From an uncultured Christensenella sp. (GTDB taxonomy: Bacteria > Bacillota > Clostridia > Christensenellales > UBA3700), in NCBI GenBank assembly GCA_910577795.1, contig CAJTNW010000006.1, positions 1 through 59,354 on the forward strand: a DNA stretch of 59,354 nt. Direction: 5' to 3'. Shown piece after piece: positions 38,086 to 47,541 of this stretch. The notes under the pieces are model-generated. The model saw only the letters and a program-made list of their open reading frames with translations, had not been told where the DNA came from and did no database searches. The translations under genes and the position numbers were made by a program. Position 1 is the first letter of the stretch; each line of letters starts with the position of its first letter.

Positions 38086-38640
38086 TTACTTAGCAAAAGG
38101 CAAACCCATTAGAGTTAATAACTCTTTTGCCTCTGCATCTGTTTGTGCTGTTGTTACAAAACAAACATCAAAACCTCTAATCTTCTCAATTTTATCATAA
38201 CTGATTTCTGGGAAGATAAGTTGCTCTTTAACACCCATATTGTAGTTACCTCTACCATCAAAAGAGTTTGCAGGAATACCTTTAAAGTCTCTTACTCTTG
38301 GTAGTGCAACAGATACGAATTTATCAAAGAACTCATACATTCTAGTTGCTCTAAGTGTAACTTTAGCACCAATTGTCATACCTTCACGAACTTTAAAGTT
38401 AGCAACACTCTTTTTTGCTTTAGTTACCATAGGGGCTTGACCTGTGATTTGCTTTAATTCTTCAAGTGCAATTTGCACACTTTTTGCATTATCTTTAATG
38501 TCACCAAAACCAGCATTTAAAACGATTTTTTCTAACTTTGGTACTTGGTTAACATTTTTGTAGCCGAACTTTTTGATTAAAGCAGGAACTACAACTTCTT
38601 CATAATTAACTCTAACTCTGTTTTTTACTTGATTAGCCAC
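38086..38640 (-). CDS. rplE: 50S ribosomal protein L5
   Basis: 184 aa, ...[16 protein letters not shown]...FRGNYNMG-like core. Confidence 0.96.
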   Translation of the reverse strand: MANQVKNRVRVNYEEVVVPALIKKFGYKNVNQVPKLEKIVLNAGFGDIKDNAKSVQIALEELKQITGQAPMVTKAKKSVANFKVREGMTIGAKVTLRATRMYEFFDKFVSVALPRVRDFKGIPANSFDGRGNYNMGVKEQLIFPEISYDKIEKIRGFDVCFVTTAQTDAEAKELLTLMGLPFAK

Positions 38641-38654
38641 TGTTTAATCCTCCA

Positions 38655-39086
38655 TTATTCAGCCTTATCAGCAGTTGCTGTGTCAGCCGCTTTTTTAGTT
38701 GCCTTTTTAGCAGTTGTAGACTTCTTAGTTGCTTTTTTAACAGCCTTAGTAGCCTTTTGCTCTAAAGAAGCATTACATTTTTTGCAAAAACGGATTTTAA
38801 CATCTTTTCCGTCAATATTTTCTACTCTATGACCTGCTTTAGTTGCCATACCGCACTCTGGACAAATAATCATAACATTACTTGCATCAATAAAAGCCTC
38901 TTTTTTAACAATACCGCCTTTTTCTTGTGCGTTACGAGGTTTTACATAGTTTGTAGCAATGTTTAAACCTTCTACCATTACTCTTGCATTATCAACGTCA
39001 ACTTTAGTAATAGAGCCTGATTTACCTTTATCTTTACCAGCAATAACTTTAACGATATCACCTTTTTTAACATGTAAATTATTCAT
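38655..39086 (-). CDS. rplX: 50S ribosomal protein L24 (long form with CxxC...CxxC knuckle and Lys/Ala-rich tail)
   Basis: MNNLHVKKGDIVKVIAGKDKGK (KOW), then CPECG..(about 20 aa)..CKKC and the tail KATKAVKKATKKSTTAKKATKKAADTATADKAE. 143 aa. Confidence 0.93.
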   Translation of the reverse strand: MNNLHVKKGDIVKVIAGKDKGKSGSITKVDVDNARVMVEGLNIATNYVKPRNAQEKGGIVKKEAFIDASNVMIICPECGMATKAGHRVENIDGKDVKIRFCKKCNASLEQKATKAVKKATKKSTTAKKATKKAADTATADKAE

Positions 39087-39100
39087 TATATTCCCTCCAA

Positions 39101-39469
39101 TTAAAGCACTTCTGGTGCAAGAGAAATAATTCTCATATAGTCTTTATCACGAAGTTCACGAGCAATAGGTCCAAAAATACGAGAACCTTTTGGTTGCTTT
39201 TGGTTATCAATGATAACTGCTGCGTTGTCGTCAAATCTAATGTGAGTACCATCACTTCTTCTGATACCTTTAGTAGTTCTAACGATTACTGCTTTAACAA
39301 CATCGCCTTTCTTTACTACACCACCTGGAGCGGCAGTTTGTACACTTGCAACAATAACATCACCAATATTGCCATATCTACGGAATGAACCGCCAAGTAC
39401 TCTGATACATTTAATTTCTTTTGCGCCTGTATTATCAGCGACATTCAATTTACTCTCTGGAATTATCAT
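39101..39469 (-). CDS. rplN: 50S ribosomal protein L14
   Basis: [27 protein letters not shown], 122 aa. Confidence 0.97.
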   Translation of the reverse strand: MIIPESKLNVADNTGAKEIKCIRVLGGSFRRYGNIGDVIVASVQTAAPGGVVKKGDVVKAVIVRTTKGIRRSDGTHIRFDDNAAVIIDNQKQPKGSRIFGPIARELRDKDYMRIISLAPEVL

Positions 39470-39480
39470 ATAGTACCTCC

Positions 39481-39735
39481 TTACTTAGCCTTCTCAATGA
39501 TTTCAGCAAGTCTGAAATGCTTGTTTTTACTCATAGGGCGAGTTTCAACGATAAGAACTTTATCACCGATACCAGCCATATTATTCTCATCATGTGCCAT
39601 AAACTTTTTAGTTTTATTAACAGTTTTTCCATATAGAGGATGCTTAACTTTTTGCATAACTGCAACTGTAATGGTTTTATCCATTTTGTCGCTAACAACT
39701 AAGCCAACTCTACTCTTTCTAAGATTTCTTTCCAT
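39481..39735 (-). CDS. rpsQ: 30S ribosomal protein S17
   Basis: 84 aa, ...[16 protein letters not shown]...KHPLYGK. Confidence 0.97.
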   Translation of the reverse strand: MERNLRKSRVGLVVSDKMDKTITVAVMQKVKHPLYGKTVNKTKKFMAHDENNMAGIGDKVLIVETRPMSKNKHFRLAEIIEKAK

Positions 39736-39750
39736 TTACTTATCCTCCAA

Positions 39751-39984
39751 TTACTTAGCCTTTTTAGCAGATTTGCTCTTAGGCTCTGTTGAGATATTCA
39801 ATTCTCTCTGGCGAAGAACAGTCTTTACTCTTGCGATATCTTTCTTAATAACATTAAGTTGATTAGCGTTTTCAAGTTGACCGGTAGCATGCTTAAAACG
39901 AAGGTTAAACAACTCTTGTTTTAAAGAATCCAATTTTACTTCTAATTCTTTGTTTGTCATATCAAATAACTCTTTAGCCTTCAT
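39751..39984 (-). CDS. rpmC: 50S ribosomal protein L29
   Basis: [30 protein letters not shown]. The ATG at 39984 overlaps the rplP stop by 1 nt. The ORF-track start is a GTG 6 nt upstream. Confidence 0.94.
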   Translation of the reverse strand: MKAKELFDMTNKELEVKLDSLKQELFNLRFKHATGQLENANQLNVIKKDIARVKTVLRQRELNISTEPKSKSAKKAK

Positions 39985-40406
39985 TAACACTCACCGCCTT
40001 CTTCTTTTTTAACGAATTTGCACTTAACAGGCAATTTATGACTTGCAAGTCTAAATGCCTCTCTTGCTACTTCTTCAGGTACACCAGACATTTCAAACAT
40101 TACACGGCCTGGTTTAACAACTGCAACCCAATACTCTACAGAACCTTTGCCTGAACCCATACGAGTTTCAGCAGGTTTTTTAGTTATAGGTTTGTGAGGG
40201 AAGATATTAATCCATACCTTACCACCTCTTTTTACATAACGTGTCATAGCGATACGGGCAGCCTCTATTTGGTTAGAGGTAATCCAAGATGGCTCTAAAC
40301 TTACTAAGCCATACTCACCGTAAGCGACTTGATTGCCTTTGTTAGCAACACCTTTCATTCTACCACGGTGTACACGTCTTCTTTTAACTCTTTTAGGCAT
40401 TAACAT
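39984..40406 (-). CDS. rplP: 50S ribosomal protein L16
   Basis: [19 protein letters not shown], 140 aa. Confidence 0.97.
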   Translation of the reverse strand: MLMPKRVKRRRVHRGRMKGVANKGNQVAYGEYGLVSLEPSWITSNQIEAARIAMTRYVKRGGKVWINIFPHKPITKKPAETRMGSGKGSVEYWVAVVKPGRVMFEMSGVPEEVAREAFRLASHKLPVKCKFVKKEEGGEC

Positions 40407-41080
40407 TACGCTTTACCTCCTTCCTTTTTGATACCGCGACCTAATACCTCGCCTTTATAAATCCATACTTTAACACCGATAATACCGAATGTAGTATGTG
40501 CTTCAGCAGTAGCATAGTCAATATCTGCTCTTAAAGTTTGTAGCGGAATACTTCCTTCATGATAACTTTCTGACCTTGCAATTTCTGCGCCGTCTAGACG
40601 TCCAGAACACATAGTTTTAATACCTTTAGCACCGCCTTTCATTGCTCTTGAAATTGCTTGTTTCATAGTACGACGGAAAGCCGCTCTTTTTTCAAGTTGT
40701 GCAGCAATGCTTTCAGCAACCAATTGTGCATCAACATCAGGACGATTAATTTCATAAATGTTGATATTAATTTGTTTACCTGGAGCGATTTTCTTAATTT
40801 GCTCTTTCATTAGGTTTACACCTTCGCCACCTTTACCGATAAGTACACCTGGCTTAGATGTATAAATATTTACCATAACGATATCTGCAGCACTAGAAAG
40901 TATTCTTTCAATAGTAATTTTGCTGATACCACTTGTAAAATATGTCTTTTTAATAAATTTTCTAATCTTTTGGTCCTCAATTAGATTTGCTGAAAAATTC
41001 TTTTTATCAGCATACCATTGAGCATCCCAACCTTTTATTACACCTACTCTAAGTCCGTGTGGATTAACTTTTTGTCCCAT
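40406..41080 (-). CDS. rpsC: 30S ribosomal protein S3
   Basis: [18 protein letters not shown], 224 aa. Confidence 0.97.
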   Translation of the reverse strand: MGQKVNPHGLRVGVIKGWDAQWYADKKNFSANLIEDQKIRKFIKKTYFTSGISKITIERILSSAADIVMVNIYTSKPGVLIGKGGEGVNLMKEQIKKIAPGKQININIYEINRPDVDAQLVAESIAAQLEKRAAFRRTMKQAISRAMKGGAKGIKTMCSGRLDGAEIARSESYHEGSIPLQTLRADIDYATAEAHTTFGIIGVKVWIYKGEVLGRGIKKEGGKA

Positions 41081-41091
41081 GGAATACCTCC

Positions 41092-41481
41092 TTACTCAGT
41101 AACTGTATCTAGGATTACAGTAATGTGACTTGTGCGCTTGTTAATTCTGAATGCTCTACCTTGTGCACGAGGTTGAACTCTTTTAAGAATTGGACCACCG
41201 TTTGCAAAACATTCTGCAATATACAAGTCATTTTTATTCATATTCAAGTTATTCTCAGCATTTGCAGCAGCAGAATTTACCAATTTGATAAGTGGCTCAC
41301 ATGCTGCTTTTCTTGTGTTTTTAAGAATAGCAATAGCCTCTACATAACTTTTACCACGAATAATATCAAGTACGATTCTAACCTTATCAGGAGAAATTCT
41401 AACATACTTTGCAACTGCTCTTGGACGCTTATCAGCATTTAAAGCACGATTTTCAGATTTAGTTTTAACTCTAGTTGCCAT
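41092..41481 (-). CDS. rplV: 50S ribosomal protein L22
   Basis: 129 aa, ...[23 protein letters not shown]. Confidence 0.96.
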   Translation of the reverse strand: MATRVKTKSENRALNADKRPRAVAKYVRISPDKVRIVLDIIRGKSYVEAIAILKNTRKAACEPLIKLVNSAAANAENNLNMNKNDLYIAECFANGGPILKRVQPRAQGRAFRINKRTSHITVILDTVTE

Positions 41482-41497
41482 TATAATTACCTCCTAA

Positions 41498-41776
41498 TTA
41501 TCTACCACCGGTAGTTTTTCCACCGGCATGACCTTTAAAGGTTCTAGTTGGAGCGAACTCGCCCAATTTGCAACCTACCATATCCTCAGTAATATATACA
41601 GGAACATGTTTTCTGCCATCATGAACAGCGATAGTGTGACCTACCATTTCAGGGAATATAGTTGATGACCTTGACCAAGTCTTAATAACAGACTTTTTAT
41701 TCTCATTGTTCATAGCAATTACTCTATTTATAAGCCTTTCCTCAACGAAAGGACCTTTTTTAACTGACCTACTCAT
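41498..41776 (-). CDS. rpsS: 30S ribosomal protein S19
   Basis: [15 protein letters not shown]...[17 protein letters not shown]. Confidence 0.97.
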   Translation of the reverse strand: MSRSVKKGPFVEERLINRVIAMNNENKKSVIKTWSRSSTIFPEMVGHTIAVHDGRKHVPVYITEDMVGCKLGEFAPTRTFKGHAGGKTTGGR

Positions 41777-41790
41777 TTCATATCCTCCAA

Positions 41791-42618
41791 TTAGTTCACA
41801 CGTTTGATAATGAACTTATTAGTTCTGTTCTTTTTCTTTCTAGTCTTATAACCAAGTGCTGGTTTACCCCAAGGAGTAACTGGACTAGGCATACCGATAG
41901 GTGATTTACCTTCACCACCACCGTGAGGGTGGTCACAAGGGTTCATTACAACACCACGAACTGTTGGTTTAACACCCATGTGGCGATGTCTACCTGCTTT
42001 ACCGATACTAACGATTTCGTGGTCTAGATTACCTACTTGACCAATTGTTGCTCTACAAGATAATAATACATATCTCATTTCACCTGATGGCAATCTTAAA
42101 ATAGCATATTTATTTTCTTTTGCCATAAGTTGTGCTGCCTGTCCTGCTGCTCTTGCGATTTGACCGCCTTTGCCAGGGTGCAACTCTATATTGTGCAACA
42201 AAGTACCTACTGGAATATTTTCAATTGGTAAGCAGTTACCAACTTTAATTTCTGCATTGCTACCATTCATAACAATATCACCTTTGTTCAAGCCAACTGG
42301 TGCTAAGATATATGCTTTAGCGCCATCTGCATAATGTAGTAATGCAATATTCGCTGTACGATTTGGGTCATATTGAATTTCAGCAACTTTTGCAGGAATA
42401 TTATCTTTATTACGTTTAAAATCAATAACTCTGTATTTTTGTCTATTACCACCGCCAATATGTCTAACAGTGATTCTACCATTGTTATTTCTACCGCCTG
42501 ATTTGCTTTGAGTTTCAAGCAAACTTCTCTCTGGTTTTGTACTTGTAATCTCGTCAAAAGCAGAAACACTCATAAAACGACGGGCTGGAGAAGTTGGTTT
42601 AAATCTTTTAATAGCCAT
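41791..42618 (-). CDS. rplB: 50S ribosomal protein L2
   Basis: [18 protein letters not shown]...GGGNRQKYR...[13 protein letters not shown]. Confidence 0.97.
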   Translation of the reverse strand: MAIKRFKPTSPARRFMSVSAFDEITSTKPERSLLETQSKSGGRNNNGRITVRHIGGGNRQKYRVIDFKRNKDNIPAKVAEIQYDPNRTANIALLHYADGAKAYILAPVGLNKGDIVMNGSNAEIKVGNCLPIENIPVGTLLHNIELHPGKGGQIARAAGQAAQLMAKENKYAILRLPSGEMRYVLLSCRATIGQVGNLDHEIVSIGKAGRHRHMGVKPTVRGVVMNPCDHPHGGGEGKSPIGMPSPVTPWGKPALGYKTRKKKNRTNKFIIKRVN

Positions 42619-42635
42619 TATAATTACCTCCGCTC

Positions 42636-42926
42636 TTATGCCAAACTATCGAAGAACTCGATGCGTTTGCTATCTGCTGTAAGTTGAACATAAGCCTTTT
42701 TGAAAGATGGTGTTCTTCCTTCACTTCTGCCCATTCTTTTAATTTTACCATCACAATTTACTGTATTTACTTTTGCAACTTTTACACCAAAAATTTCCTC
42801 AACGGCTCTTTTAATGTCTGATTTAGTTGCTCTCTTGTCCACCTTAAAAGTGTACTTCATTCCTTCAATGCCTTCATAACTTTTTTCAGTTAAGATAGGG
42901 CTAATAATGATATCATAAGCATTCAT
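42636..42926 (-). CDS. rplW: 50S ribosomal protein L23
   Basis: [16 protein letters not shown]..., 96 aa. Confidence 0.96.
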   Translation of the reverse strand: MNAYDIIISPILTEKSYEGIEGMKYTFKVDKRATKSDIKRAVEEIFGVKVAKVNTVNCDGKIKRMGRSEGRTPSFKKAYVQLTADSKRIEFFDSLA

Positions 42927-43546
42927 TATGCGTACACCTCCTGAATTTTCTTAACAGCATCTTGTGTCATAATGCAATTTGCATTTGCTACAACATCATA
43001 AACATTGATTAATGATGCGTTTATTAAAGTTACATTTTGAATATTGCGGCATGCTCTAATTACTAGTTCATCATGCTCACCTACTACCAAAAGAACCTTT
43101 TTGTCCATTTTAAGATTTTTCAAAATTGTTGCAATTTCTTTAGTCTTGCCGTTTTCTGCTTTAACTTCATTGATAATAGTAATTTCATTATCACGAACTT
43201 TTTCAGATAAAGCGCTCTTTAAAGCAGCAACTTTCATTTTTTGATTTATCTTTTGACTGAAGTCTCTTGGCTTTGGTGCAAATACTACACCACCTTTAAT
43301 CCATTGTGGAGCACGAATGCTACCTTGTCTTGCTCTACCAGTACCTTTTTGTCTCCAAGGTTTGATACCGCCTCCGCGAACCTCTGCCCTTGTAAGAGTA
43401 CTTTTAGTACCTTGTCTTTTATTTGCTAGTTGAGCAACAACAACTTGATGGATTAGAGCCTCATTATACTCTTGCTCAAAAACTGCAGCAACCAATTCAA
43501 TTGTACCAACTTTTTTACCGCTGCTATTAACAACTTTCATTTCCAT
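42926..43546 (-). CDS. rplD: 50S ribosomal protein L4
   Basis: [14 protein letters not shown]...[20 protein letters not shown]. The ATG at 43546 lies 7 nt after GGAGGG. The ORF-track start overlaps rplC. Confidence 0.95.
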   Translation of the reverse strand: MEMKVVNSSGKKVGTIELVAAVFEQEYNEALIHQVVVAQLANKRQGTKSTLTRAEVRGGGIKPWRQKGTGRARQGSIRAPQWIKGGVVFAPKPRDFSQKINQKMKVAALKSALSEKVRDNEITIINEVKAENGKTKEIATILKNLKMDKKVLLVVGEHDELVIRACRNIQNVTLINASLINVYDVVANANCIMTQDAVKKIQEVYA

Positions 43547-43560
43547 TTTTAAGCCCTCCA

Positions 43561-44190
43561 TTAACCTTTGCAAGATTGCTTAACGATAACAATTCCGCCC
43601 TTAGCACCAGGGATAGCACCCTTAACTAGCAAAATATTACGCTCTGCATCTACTTTTACAATTTGCAAGTTTTGAACTGTACATTTTGTATTACCATATT
43701 GACCTGGCATTTTCTTGTTTTTGAAAACCCTTGATGGGCTTGAGCAAGAACCCATAGAACCAACACCTCTGTGGTATCCAGAACCATGTGCCATAGGACC
43801 AATGTGGAAGTTATGTCTTTTAATTGTACCGCTAAACCCTTTACCTTTAGAAGTACCTGAAACATCTACTCTGTCGCCTACTGCGAAAATGTCCGCTTTG
43901 ATTTCACTACCAATTTCAAAAGATGCACAATTTTCAAATTTAAATTCTTTTAAAATTCTCTTTGGTTCAACATTTGCTTTTTTGTAGTGACCAGCCATAG
44001 GCTTGTTTACATTTTTGCTGCTGATAGTTCCGAAAGCAACTTGTACTGCTTCATAACCATCTTTTTCTACTGTTTTCTTTTGTACAACTGGACATGGACC
44101 TGCTTCCACAACTGTTACTGGAATTACTTTGCCATCCTCGTTGAATACTTGGCTCATGCCAACTTTCTTTCCAATGATTGCTTTATTCAT
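43561..44190 (-). CDS. rplC: 50S ribosomal protein L3
   Basis: [16 protein letters not shown]...[10 protein letters not shown], 209 aa. Confidence 0.97.
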   Translation of the reverse strand: MNKAIIGKKVGMSQVFNEDGKVIPVTVVEAGPCPVVQKKTVEKDGYEAVQVAFGTISSKNVNKPMAGHYKKANVEPKRILKEFKFENCASFEIGSEIKADIFAVGDRVDVSGTSKGKGFSGTIKRHNFHIGPMAHGSGYHRGVGSMGSCSSPSRVFKNKKMPGQYGNTKCTVQNLQIVKVDAERNILLVKGAIPGAKGGIVIVKQSCKG

Positions 44191-44227
44191 AGATAAAGTT
44201 CACCTCCAAATTTATTTCTCTATTTTA

Positions 44228-44536
44228 TTAAAGTTTGATGTTAATATCAACACCTGCTGGCAAATCTAATTTCATAAGACTATCAACTGCTTGAGCAGTA
44301 GGGTTGAAAATATCTATCAAACGTTTGTGAGTTCTAAGTTCAAATTGTTCTCTACTATCTTTATATTTGTGTGGAGAACGAATAATAGTTACAATTTCTT
44401 TCTCTGTAGGTAGAGGAATAGGTCCTGATACCTTTGTGTTGTGTCTTTTGATAGTATCAACAATTTTTTCTGCTGCTACATCAATAAGATTGTGGTCGTA
44501 AGCCTTTAACTTAATTCTGATTTTTTGTGTTGCCAT
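44228..44536 (-). CDS. rpsJ: 30S ribosomal protein S10
   Basis: [19 protein letters not shown]..., 102 aa. First gene of the cluster. Confidence 0.97.
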   Translation of the reverse strand: MATQKIRIKLKAYDHNLIDVAAEKIVDTIKRHNTKVSGPIPLPTEKEIVTIIRSPHKYKDSREQFELRTHKRLIDIFNPTAQAVDSLMKLDLPAGVDINIKL

Positions 44537-44717
44537 ATTAAATGACCTCCTGTTTTTCCTAACTCGTTTTTTTACACATTAACGTGTGTTGCGTACTGTT
44601 GCTTTTAAAAAAGGTATTGCCCATTTTAAAGAGTTAGTCGCTCGATTATCGAACCATTGTCCACGATAATTATCCGCAAAATTCGGTAACTTACCGCTTC
44701 ATCCCGTATTCAACAGC
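44537..44717 (-). promoter_or_regulatory. Roughly 180-nt structured 5' leader of the S10 operon
   Basis: GC-enriched relative to its flanks. The minus strand contains three short palindromic hairpins (CGGTAAgTTACCG, CGATAATTATCG, TCGATaATCGA) and ACACAcgttaaTGTGT. Confidence 0.5.
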
Positions 44718-44723
44718 CTTATT

Positions 44724-44752
44724 ATTATATACAATAAAAATAGTTATGTCAA
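44724..44752 (-). promoter_or_regulatory. Consensus sigma-A promoter of the S10 operon
   Basis: Minus strand TTGACA (44752-44747), 17 nt, TATAAT (44729-44724): a perfect consensus. Confidence 0.75.
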
Positions 44753-44911
44753 ACGTTTTTCCTTGATTTTTCAATATTTTTCACCGGCAACCCTTCCGCG
44801 TGTGTCATTTTTGAAAAAACACCCTTTTATCCACCATTTTAGGGTAATTTATCCCCATTTTAAGCAAAAAAAATTTATTTTTGCCATATTCCTGAATATC
44901 AACAAGACAAA

Positions 44912-44946
44912 AAATGGCTATTAAGTATTCGCTTAACAACCATTTT
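44912..44946 (-). terminator. Intrinsic terminator after the lipoprotein gene 45083-45961
   Basis: Imperfect hairpin AAAATGGTTGTTAAG...CTTAATAGCCATTTT followed by T6 on the minus strand. Confidence 0.6.
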
Positions 44947-45082
44947 TATAAAAAATTCGTTTACTATTTGTTATTTACAACATCAATTAACAATGTTATT
45001 TTGATAATATAATAATGTTATATAATATATAATTATTTTATTTATATTAATTATATTGTATTAAAAATCAATTACCCTAAAA

Positions 45083-45961
45083 CTATTGCATTTTTTTATT
45101 GGATAACATAAAGGTTAAAATATTCCCTTCTTCACTGCCAAGAGCCAATTTTGTTTTGCCACCACAAGTTGATGCAACTATTACTAACCAGTCCTCATTA
45201 CTTCTTGTACTTATATTGTTATAGATATTACTTAAATAATAATTTAAATGAATAATTGCTGAAAGATAAGGTGAATTAGATATTTTGTAATTGCCATCTG
45301 CTACCATATATGGGTTAGATATAGCAACTGCTATAAAATCATTTTCGTCAAGGTTATTAAGACACTCTTTTCTAACACCATTTAAATCTGTGCAATCCAC
45401 ATAATTTAAACGTTGAGAGGCTTTTACTTTAAACTCTGCTGACAAATGTTTATCAATGTAATTTTTATTATCTGTTAAAAATTTAACTCTGTATTTTTCT
45501 GACATTGTTGCCATTACAGAATATGGAGTTTCTCTTTTTACATCAGTATTTTTAAATACTCCAAAAGTTGAAGGTTCTTCACCTGTAACTATACTTAAAA
45601 AATTTACTCCCATATCTACTTTTGATTTACTTTCTAAATTTGCTGGTTTTGTCCAATATAGTCCGCCATCTTTTGATATTCGAGAAATTCCTATATCGCT
45701 ATCCCAAATATATTCCAAACTTTCTGCTCTAAATCCATCAACAGTTATTAACATTGCTTTTTTCTTAACACTACTGCTTTCTGCAAAATGAGAGGTTATT
45801 TTGCTAGCAATATCTGTTTGCAGAATAGCATTATCATAACTATTAGCAAAATAGCCTTTTTCTGTTAATCTATTTAAAATTTTATTGTTGCTACAACCTC
45901 CAACAACTGAGGTAACAGCAAGCAATAAAATAGTCGCAGTTATAAATTTAAACTTTTTCAT
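45083..45961 (-). CDS. Lipoprotein, alkaline-phosphatase/NPP-superfamily-like, possibly catalytically degenerate
   Basis: MKKFKFITATILLLAVTSVVGGC (lipobox). LITVDGFR and SIVTGEEPSTFGV resemble NPP motifs, but the nucleophile Thr and a His appear to be missing. 292 aa. Confidence 0.45.
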   Translation of the reverse strand: MKKFKFITATILLLAVTSVVGGCSNNKILNRLTEKGYFANSYDNAILQTDIASKITSHFAESSSVKKKAMLITVDGFRAESLEYIWDSDIGISRISKDGGLYWTKPANLESKSKVDMGVNFLSIVTGEEPSTFGVFKNTDVKRETPYSVMATMSEKYRVKFLTDNKNYIDKHLSAEFKVKASQRLNYVDCTDLNGVRKECLNNLDENDFIAVAISNPYMVADGNYKISNSPYLSAIIHLNYYLSNIYNNISTRSNEDWLVIVASTCGGKTKLALGSEEGNILTFMLSNKKMQ

Positions 45962-46017
45962 ACTAATACCTTTCCCTATAAGTATAGATAATTATATAAT
46001 AATATATATCCTTATAT

Positions 46018-46338
46018 TTATCTAAAACATCTGTTGATTTGAACAAGATGCTCTGCCATATCAACTTTATCGCCCTTAAAAGTTACACCTTCTGACTCAA
46101 GCCTTTTTCTTTGTTCGTTTTCTCCGCCAAACACAAAAGCAGGTGTCAAACTGCCATCTTTCATAACTACCCTATGGCATGGTATATTTGCGGGGTCAGG
46201 GTTATGATGTAATGCTCTGCCAACTTGCCTTGCTTTTGTTGGGTAACCTGCAAGTTCTGCCACCATAGCATAATTCATAACAAACCCACAAGGAATATTT
46301 TGAACAACCATATAAACACTTTTATCAAACTCACTCAT
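46018..46338 (-). CDS. MGMT-family protein (methylated-DNA--protein-cysteine methyltransferase DNA-binding/active-site domain only)
   Basis: 106 aa from the ATG at 46338, with the PCHRVV active-site motif. The ORF-track start is a TTG. Confidence 0.8.
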   Translation of the reverse strand: MSEFDKSVYMVVQNIPCGFVMNYAMVAELAGYPTKARQVGRALHHNPDPANIPCHRVVMKDGSLTPAFVFGGENEQRKRLESEGVTFKGDKVDMAEHLVQINRCFR

Positions 46339-46558
46339 AATTTCACCCAAGTAAAACTTTGCAATAACTCAACAAAAATCGAATAATATTGCAATTTTTC
46401 TATTTAATACAGACATATAATTTGTATTGTTTATTGATATAATTATATAATAAAATTAATAGTTTGTCAATAAAGGCAAATAAAACAAATGGTAATAAAC
46501 ATTTTATATGCGTTTTGTATAAAATTGAATATTACTGCCAAAATTTATAGTAAAATAG

Positions 46559-46588
46559 TTGCTAATACATTGTATATTGTGCTACAAT
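46559..46588 (+). promoter_or_regulatory. Sigma-A-type promoter for the THF riboswitch-folT unit
   Basis: TTGCTA, 18 nt, TACAAT with an extended TGc. Confidence 0.55.
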
Positions 46589-46589
46589 A

Positions 46590-46748
46590 ACTTTGCTGAG
46601 TAGAAATACTGCGTTAAGTGCCATAGAACGGGATGTTGACTATGGACGAAAGAGGAATACCTCTGCGGTTGTATTTCACATCCGAGGCAAGTTATTAGTT
46701 TTTAGTAATTTTCTCGGTACTCTCCACTATTTTAGGAGGTACTTTTTT
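46590..46748 (+). promoter_or_regulatory. THF (tetrahydrofolate) riboswitch plus expression hairpin
   Basis: CTGAGTAG..GCGTTAAGTG..GGGATGT..GGACGAAAG..CTGCGGT..CATCCGAGGCAAG matches the THF-I aptamer core. Hairpin GGTACTCTCC/GGAGGTAC plus T7 follows, containing the RBS. Confidence 0.88.
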
Positions 46749-46749
46749 T

Positions 46750-47358
46750 ATGAAAAAGTTAAGTTTAAAAGCCAAAAGGCGTTCATTGTTTATTGCGTAT
46801 ACCGCCGTTCTTATTGCACTTAATATTGCTCTTAAGTTTTGCAGTATTAATTTAGGAACATTTTCTATCTCCTTTGCGTACATACCATGTATTCTTGCAG
46901 GAGTATTTATGGGACCTTTATCAGGCGGAATGGTAGGACTATTAGGAGATATCCTAGGCACTCTTGCAAAAGGTCTTGCACCATCGCCATTGATTCCAAT
47001 ATCCTTTATGTTGATGGGTGTTATACCGGGATTAATTTTTATGATAAAAAAATTGCACCCTTATATTAAACTTACTATATCACTTGTTTTGGTACTATGT
47101 ATTTGCACAATGGGGATATCATCTTATGCTACTTGGCTACTTACTTCTGCAGGTGCAAGTGGAAAATCATTTTGGGCATATTGGCTTATAGACCGTCTGC
47201 CTAAACAGCCTGCTATTTTTGCAATAAATAGTGCAATAATATTTGCTTTATACTACCCTATCAAAAAACTCATTTTTGATAGAATGGACAATAAATTAGC
47301 AACAGATAGCGACATTGAAAAGCAAGAAAGTATGGTTACTGAAAATAACGAAAATTAA
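46750..47358 (+). CDS. folT: ECF transporter S component, folate family (FolT)
   Basis: 202-aa 5-6 TM protein directly downstream of a THF riboswitch. Sequence is of the ECF S-component type. Confidence 0.8.
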   Translation: MKKLSLKAKRRSLFIAYTAVLIALNIALKFCSINLGTFSISFAYIPCILAGVFMGPLSGGMVGLLGDILGTLAKGLAPSPLIPISFMLMGVIPGLIFMIKKLHPYIKLTISLVLVLCICTMGISSYATWLLTSAGASGKSFWAYWLIDRLPKQPAIFAINSAIIFALYYPIKKLIFDRMDNKLATDSDIEKQESMVTENNEN

Positions 47359-47372
47359 TTATAGCAACTATT

Positions 47373-47391
47373 TAATAACGATTTTTGATAG
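47373..47391 (+). repeat. Copy of the polar motif (TAATAACGATTTTTGATAG), intergenic after folT
   Basis: The 13-mer core is exact (47379-47391), with one mismatch to the 19-nt consensus. Confidence 0.88.
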
Positions 47392-47409
47392 AATTTTAAT
47401 ATTAAACAA

Positions 47410-47445
47410 AACCTCCAGCCAGAAAATGGTTGGAAGTTTTTTATT
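47410..47445 (+). terminator. Intrinsic terminator after folT
   Basis: CCTCCAGCC / GGTTGGAAG (with a G-T pair and a bulge) plus T6. Confidence 0.7.
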
Positions 47446-47541
47446 TTAATAATTTATTTATTATTTATAAAAATACACAATTATAAACTATAATTAAATT
47501 TTTTTAATCTAAACAATAAATTTTTTAATTAATTTTTACAA

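Noticed and set aside
44639-44655. tRNA T-loop-like GGTTCGATAATCGA on the minus strand in the S10 leader
   Set aside because: No flanking acceptor, D or anticodon arms can be drawn. It is just a short palindrome, TCGATaATCGA.
46593-46961. ORFs 46593-46823 (+) and 46695-46961 (-) overlapping the THF riboswitch and the folT 5' end
   Set aside because: They overlap a confidently identified riboswitch and the folT CDS, and have no RBS. They are spurious.
47271-47285. Near-copy of the polar motif (CATTTTTGATAGAAT) inside folT, and CTATCAAAAAAC at 47258-47269
   Set aside because: Each lacks the CG of the core and would be a one-mismatch hit in AT-rich coding DNA. They are not counted as motif copies, to keep the tally conservative.
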